This document shows, one piece after another, positions 60,757 through 64,000 of a DNA stretch of 64,000 nt. The notes under the pieces were generated by a model. It did no database searches. It was not told where the DNA came from and saw only the letters and a program-made list of their open reading frames with translations. The position numbers and the translations under genes were made by a program. Position 1 is the stretch's first letter. Each line of letters begins with the position of its first letter. The stretch comes from an uncultured Gemmatimonadales bacterium (GTDB taxonomy: Bacteria; Gemmatimonadota; Gemmatimonadetes; Gemmatimonadales; GWC2-71-9), in contig CAVSQW010000014.1 of NCBI GenBank assembly GCA_963730185.1, positions 64,001 to 128,000 of the forward strand. Reading direction: 5' to 3'.

Positions 60757-62442
60757 GTGAACTTCGTCATCGACGGCGAGGCGTGCGTAGCATGCCTGGC
60801 ATGCGCCCGGGTCTGTCCGACGAACGCCATTGCGGTGGCGCCGGACGCGACCTGGGTCCGGGTCCTCGACGAGGCCTGCATTCGATGCGGGCTTTGCGTC
60901 CCGGAGTGCCCGCACGACGCCATTCAGGTGGCCGGCGAGGTGGGGAACGCGGTGGCGATCGCGGCCGAGGGCCTGGGGGCGTTGATCTTGGGCACGGAGT
61001 GCGCGGCGCACTTCTATCCGGCCACTCCGGAGCAGGTGGTGAACGCCTGCTATGCGTCGGGGTTCCGGGTGGTTTCGCGGGGGGTGATTGGGGACGAGCT
61101 GGTGGCGGCGGAGTATCTCCGGCTCTGGCGGACGGAGACCTGGGGCACCATGCTTCGTTCCAGCGACCCGGTGGTGGTGGAGACGATCCGGAGGGAGTAT
61201 CCGGAGCTGATCCCGTACCTGGCCCCGGTGGCGACCCCGGCAGTTGCGGAAGCGCGCTATCTGCGCTCCATTCATCAGGGCGACCTCAAGATCGTGTATG
61301 CCGGGGTGACCCCACCGGTTGGCAGCGAAGACATCAACGCGAGCATCACCTTCGCGGAGCTGGAGGAGCTCTTCCGGGTCCGGGGGGTGAACCTGCATGC
61401 CCAGCCACTGGTGTTCGCGCGGGTGCCGCAGGAGCGCCGGCGCCACTTGAGCGTGGCGGGCGGGCTGCCGATCGAGCTGCTGGAGGAGGCCAAGCACTCG
61501 AGCCGCCGGTTCCAGAAGGTGCGGGGGCTCAAGGCGCTGAAAGCGATCTCCCGGGCGGTAACGGTCGACCGGATCGACCTGGGCTTCGTGGACGTGATGT
61601 CGTTCGAGGGCGCGCTGGACCATCCGCTCTCGGGTCCGCGGGAGGAGCTCTACTGGCGGCGGGCGGTGGTGCAGAGCACCGAGCCGCCCCGGAGCCGGGT
61701 CCCGGTGGTGGAGCCCGGGGTGGTGGCCAGCATCGGGGCGGTGTTCGACATCCGGCCCCGGCGGGCGGTGGCCGACCCGGAGTCGGTGGAGCAGGTGTTG
61801 AGCGCCATCGGGCTGGGCCCGAACGGGCGCCCCTGGGATTGCCGGGCCTGCGGGTACGCCAGCTGTCGGGACTTTGCCGAGGCGGCGGCCTTGGGGCGGG
61901 CCTCGCTCCGGCAGTGCGGGCCCTACCAGGAGCGGCAGGCCGACGAGGCCCAGCGGGCCGCGGCGACCGACCTCTTGACCGGGCTGGCCACCTTTCGGGT
62001 GCTCCGGGAGCGGCTCCGGCACGAGGTGGAGCGGAGCAAGCGGAGCGGAGATCGGTTCACGGTCCTGTTCATGGACCTGGACCGGCTCAAGGAGATCAAC
62101 GACCAGTACGGGCACGAGTCGGGCAACGACGTGCTTCGGGCGGTCGCGCAGGAGGTGCGGGCGGCGGTGCGGGCCTCGGATCTGGCGGCGCGGTACGGCG
62201 GCGACGAGTTCGTGGTGATCCTGACCCGGACCGATCAGGTGGGTGCCGAGCGGGTGGCGGAGGCGGTGCGTCACGGGGTGGAGGCGGTGGGCCGCCGGTT
62301 GGGCTATCCCGAGGGAATCGTGACGGTGAGCGTGGGGATCGCCGAGTACGATCCCGACCGCCCGTCGAGCGGAGACTTGCTGGTGAACGCGGATCGCGCT
62401 CTGTACAAGGCCAAGGCCTCGGGGCGTAACACGGTGGTCTAG
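60757..62442 (+). CDS. Fe-S diguanylate cyclase: 2x[4Fe-4S] + degenerate [FeFe]-hydrogenase-like domain + FeS + GGDEF
   Basis: CVACLACARVCP, CIRCGLCVPECP; 'YPELIPYLAPVATP'; CRACGYASC...C; 'RASDLAARYGGDEF'; 'ADRALYKAK'. Confidence 0.85.
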   Translation: MNFVIDGEACVACLACARVCPTNAIAVAPDATWVRVLDEACIRCGLCVPECPHDAIQVAGEVGNAVAIAAEGLGALILGTECAAHFYPATPEQVVNACYASGFRVVSRGVIGDELVAAEYLRLWRTETWGTMLRSSDPVVVETIRREYPELIPYLAPVATPAVAEARYLRSIHQGDLKIVYAGVTPPVGSEDINASITFAELEELFRVRGVNLHAQPLVFARVPQERRRHLSVAGGLPIELLEEAKHSSRRFQKVRGLKALKAISRAVTVDRIDLGFVDVMSFEGALDHPLSGPREELYWRRAVVQSTEPPRSRVPVVEPGVVASIGAVFDIRPRRAVADPESVEQVLSAIGLGPNGRPWDCRACGYASCRDFAEAAALGRASLRQCGPYQERQADEAQRAAATDLLTGLATFRVLRERLRHEVERSKRSGDRFTVLFMDLDRLKEINDQYGHESGNDVLRAVAQEVRAAVRASDLAARYGGDEFVVILTRTDQVGAERVAEAVRHGVEAVGRRLGYPEGIVTVSVGIAEYDPDRPSSGDLLVNADRALYKAKASGRNTVV

Positions 62443-62467
62443 CGGGTAAGCGAGGGGAGTTGTCACA

Positions 62468-63214
62468 GTGACGGGACCCAATCCGAGGCCACACGAGCCG
62501 GCCGCCCGGCCAAGCGGGCCGGCGGCCGCCCAGGAGACGATGCCGGATCCGTGGGGCGTGCGGCGGGCGGAGAACCTGCTGACCACCCTCGAGGGGATCC
62601 TGTCGGCCCGGGTGGTGACCACTCCCCTGGGGGAGGTCAGCGAGATCCACGTGCTGGCCCAGTCGGGGCTCTCGGCCAAGCAGCTGGTGCGGAACATCGA
62701 GTCGGCCCTGCTGGCGCATCTGGGTCTCAAGGTGGACCATCGGAAGATCAGCATCGCCCAGACGGCCGAGGTCAAGCCGCTGGAGACGCTGGAGCACGTG
62801 GCGGTGCGCGAGCGGGCGATGCAACGGGCGGTCCTGTTCGAGGACCTGGCGGTACACCAGTCCGGCCGGGCGCAGCGGATCACGATCGCGGTGACCCTGT
62901 CGTTCGGTGGGCGGCAGGAGACGGTGGAGCAGGACGTCGCCGACACCCCGCGGGGCCGGGTGGAAGGCGCCGCCCGGGCCACGGTAGGCGCGCTGGAGCG
63001 GTTCGTGGAGCGGAACGCGCTGGCGCTGGAGAGCGTCCAGATCGTCGACGCGATCGACCGGAGTGTGGTGTTCGTGGCGGTGCAGGGGATCGGGGGCCGG
63101 GACGCGGTGCTGTTGACGGGCACGGCGGAGATCCGGCAGAACCCCGAGCGGGCGGCGGTATTTGCGGTGCTGGACGCGACCAATCGCTGGGCGGATGCGC
63201 GGCGACCCGCCTGA
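62468..63214 (+). CDS. conserved hypothetical protein
   Basis: RBS GAGGGGAG; 'EIHVLA...KQLVRNIESAL...VDHRKISIAQ'; C-terminal 'AVLDATNR'. Confidence 0.75.
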   Translation: MTGPNPRPHEPAARPSGPAAAQETMPDPWGVRRAENLLTTLEGILSARVVTTPLGEVSEIHVLAQSGLSAKQLVRNIESALLAHLGLKVDHRKISIAQTAEVKPLETLEHVAVRERAMQRAVLFEDLAVHQSGRAQRITIAVTLSFGGRQETVEQDVADTPRGRVEGAARATVGALERFVERNALALESVQIVDAIDRSVVFVAVQGIGGRDAVLLTGTAEIRQNPERAAVFAVLDATNRWADARRPA

Positions 63215-63220
63215 GCGGTA

Positions 63221-63275
63221 GGGACTTGGGAGTCGGGAGTAGTGACTCGGGAGTGAGTGGTGAGTAGGCAGTAGG
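63221..63275. repeat. heptamer-repeat array, single arm (third copy of the family)
   Basis: GGGACTT GGGAGTC GGGAGTA GTGACTC GGGA GTGAGTG GTGAGTA GGCAGTA. Confidence 0.8.
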
Positions 63276-63441
63276 GGCAGCTTCACGAACGGAACAGAAA
63301 GGAACGGTAGGGAGGGAACCCCGGTCTTCGCGGCAGGAGAGCGGAGCAGAGCGGACAACTGAGCGGAGCGTTTGATGGGCCATAGCGGGGCCCGTCCTTC
63401 TTGGTCGACTAACCAGAAGGACCCGAAGGGGGGTGACGCTC

Positions 63442-63525
63442 ATGATCAGCTGGCTCGCAGCTATCGCCGTCGGCGCTGTGCAGTTCGTGGCTGGACTGTT
63501 CTTTGCTGAGACGATGTCTTGGTGA
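63442..63525 (+). CDS. 27-aa hydrophobic peptide MISWLAAIAVGAVQFVAGLFFAETMSW (absent from the ORF track)
   Basis: Strong RBS GAAGGGGGGTGA about 5 nt upstream; ATG 63442, stop TGA 63523-63525 followed by a second TGA; lies 32 bp before the next gene. Confidence 0.7.
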   Translation: MISWLAAIAVGAVQFVAGLFFAETMSW

Positions 63526-63557
63526 TGATCTAGGGTTCCCTCCCTACCAAGTCTTCA

Positions 63558-64000
63558 ATGGATCGAACTCGATCGCGCGTCAATGCTTTCGTTGTCGGCG
63601 TTGGGAGCCTCGCTCTTGCGTCGATGTTGCTGGCGTGGCGAGTTCGACCGCCCTTCCCGGGCTTTTGGGCGCTGTCAGTCTTCGTTGCAGTTGGCGCCTT
63701 GTTGGAACTGACTAGCACCCAGCAAAAGGCAACAGGCGCCACAGGCAACATCTCCTTCGTCATCGACCTTTCGGCACCTTTGATCTTTGGCGGCTTCTGG
63801 GCTGCACTGATTACAGCGCTACGCGTTCTCGTCAGCAACCTCCTTGGCCGTAAGGCGCCGATTCGGGTCGCGTTCAATCTTGCCCAGACTACGCTTGCGG
63901 TCGTCGTCGCGTCGACCGTCTACCATATACTGGTGCCGCAGATCCCGCCGCGGCTACTGGTCGACTATGCGAGCCTTCCGTTTGATGAGGTATTGCGGCA
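63558..64000 (+). CDS. multi-TM sensor (MASE-type) protein, 3'-truncated by window end (absent from the ORF track)
   Basis: Open frame MDRTRSRVNAFVVGVGSLAL...GNISFVIDLSAPLIFGGFWAALI...RKAPIRVAFNLAQ..., with no stop up to 64000; about 5 hydrophobic segments. Confidence 0.75.
   Translation, partial: MDRTRSRVNAFVVGVGSLALASMLLAWRVRPPFPGFWALSVFVAVGALLELTSTQQKATGATGNISFVIDLSAPLIFGGFWAALITALRVLVSNLLGRKAPIRVAFNLAQTTLAVVVASTVYHILVPQIPPRLLVDYASLPFDEVLR

Noticed and set aside
60757..62442. Functional [FeFe]-hydrogenase
   Set aside because: H-cluster cysteine motifs are absent and no maturase genes are in the window.
63280..63441. Known c-di-GMP-I or c-di-GMP-II riboswitch
   Set aside because: Could not match the GEMM (GGCAAA..GAAA..GCAAAG) or class II consensus by eye; kept only as a generic structured leader.

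Overview
High-GC bacterial chromosomal segment. Gene style and order suggest Gemmatimonadota (inference). No rRNA, tRNA, CRISPR, transposase or prophage was seen. 1-26 kb: mixed envelope, transport and stress genes (ABC permease, hydrolases, PKD-type surface protein, membrane LytTR regulator, LMF, MscS, crcB, copA-csoR, TsdA-like cytochrome, hslR). 26-46 kb: a type IV pilus locus (pilS/pilR, two tandem major pilins, a GAFTGA-less enhancer-binding protein, minor pilins, pilMNOPQ) with an embedded methyltransferase, a DPM1-like GT2, a GT-C and two TMTC-like TPR glycosyltransferases, i.e. a candidate pilin glycosylation system. 46-60 kb: housekeeping run (aroC, aroK, trmFO, xerC, hslV, [inserted GT-C], hslU, gcvT, mog). 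60-64 kb: a candidate c-di-GMP signalling module. It comprises an Fe-S diguanylate cyclase on a [FeFe]-hydrogenase-like scaffold lacking H-cluster cysteines, a conserved hypothetical protein, and an unannotated 27-aa Trp-terminated peptide gene directly followed by a lower-GC multi-TM receptor-like gene truncated by the window end. Several single-base frameshifts, mostly in G/C runs, look like long-read sequencing errors. All product calls come from motif recognition only; no searches were run.
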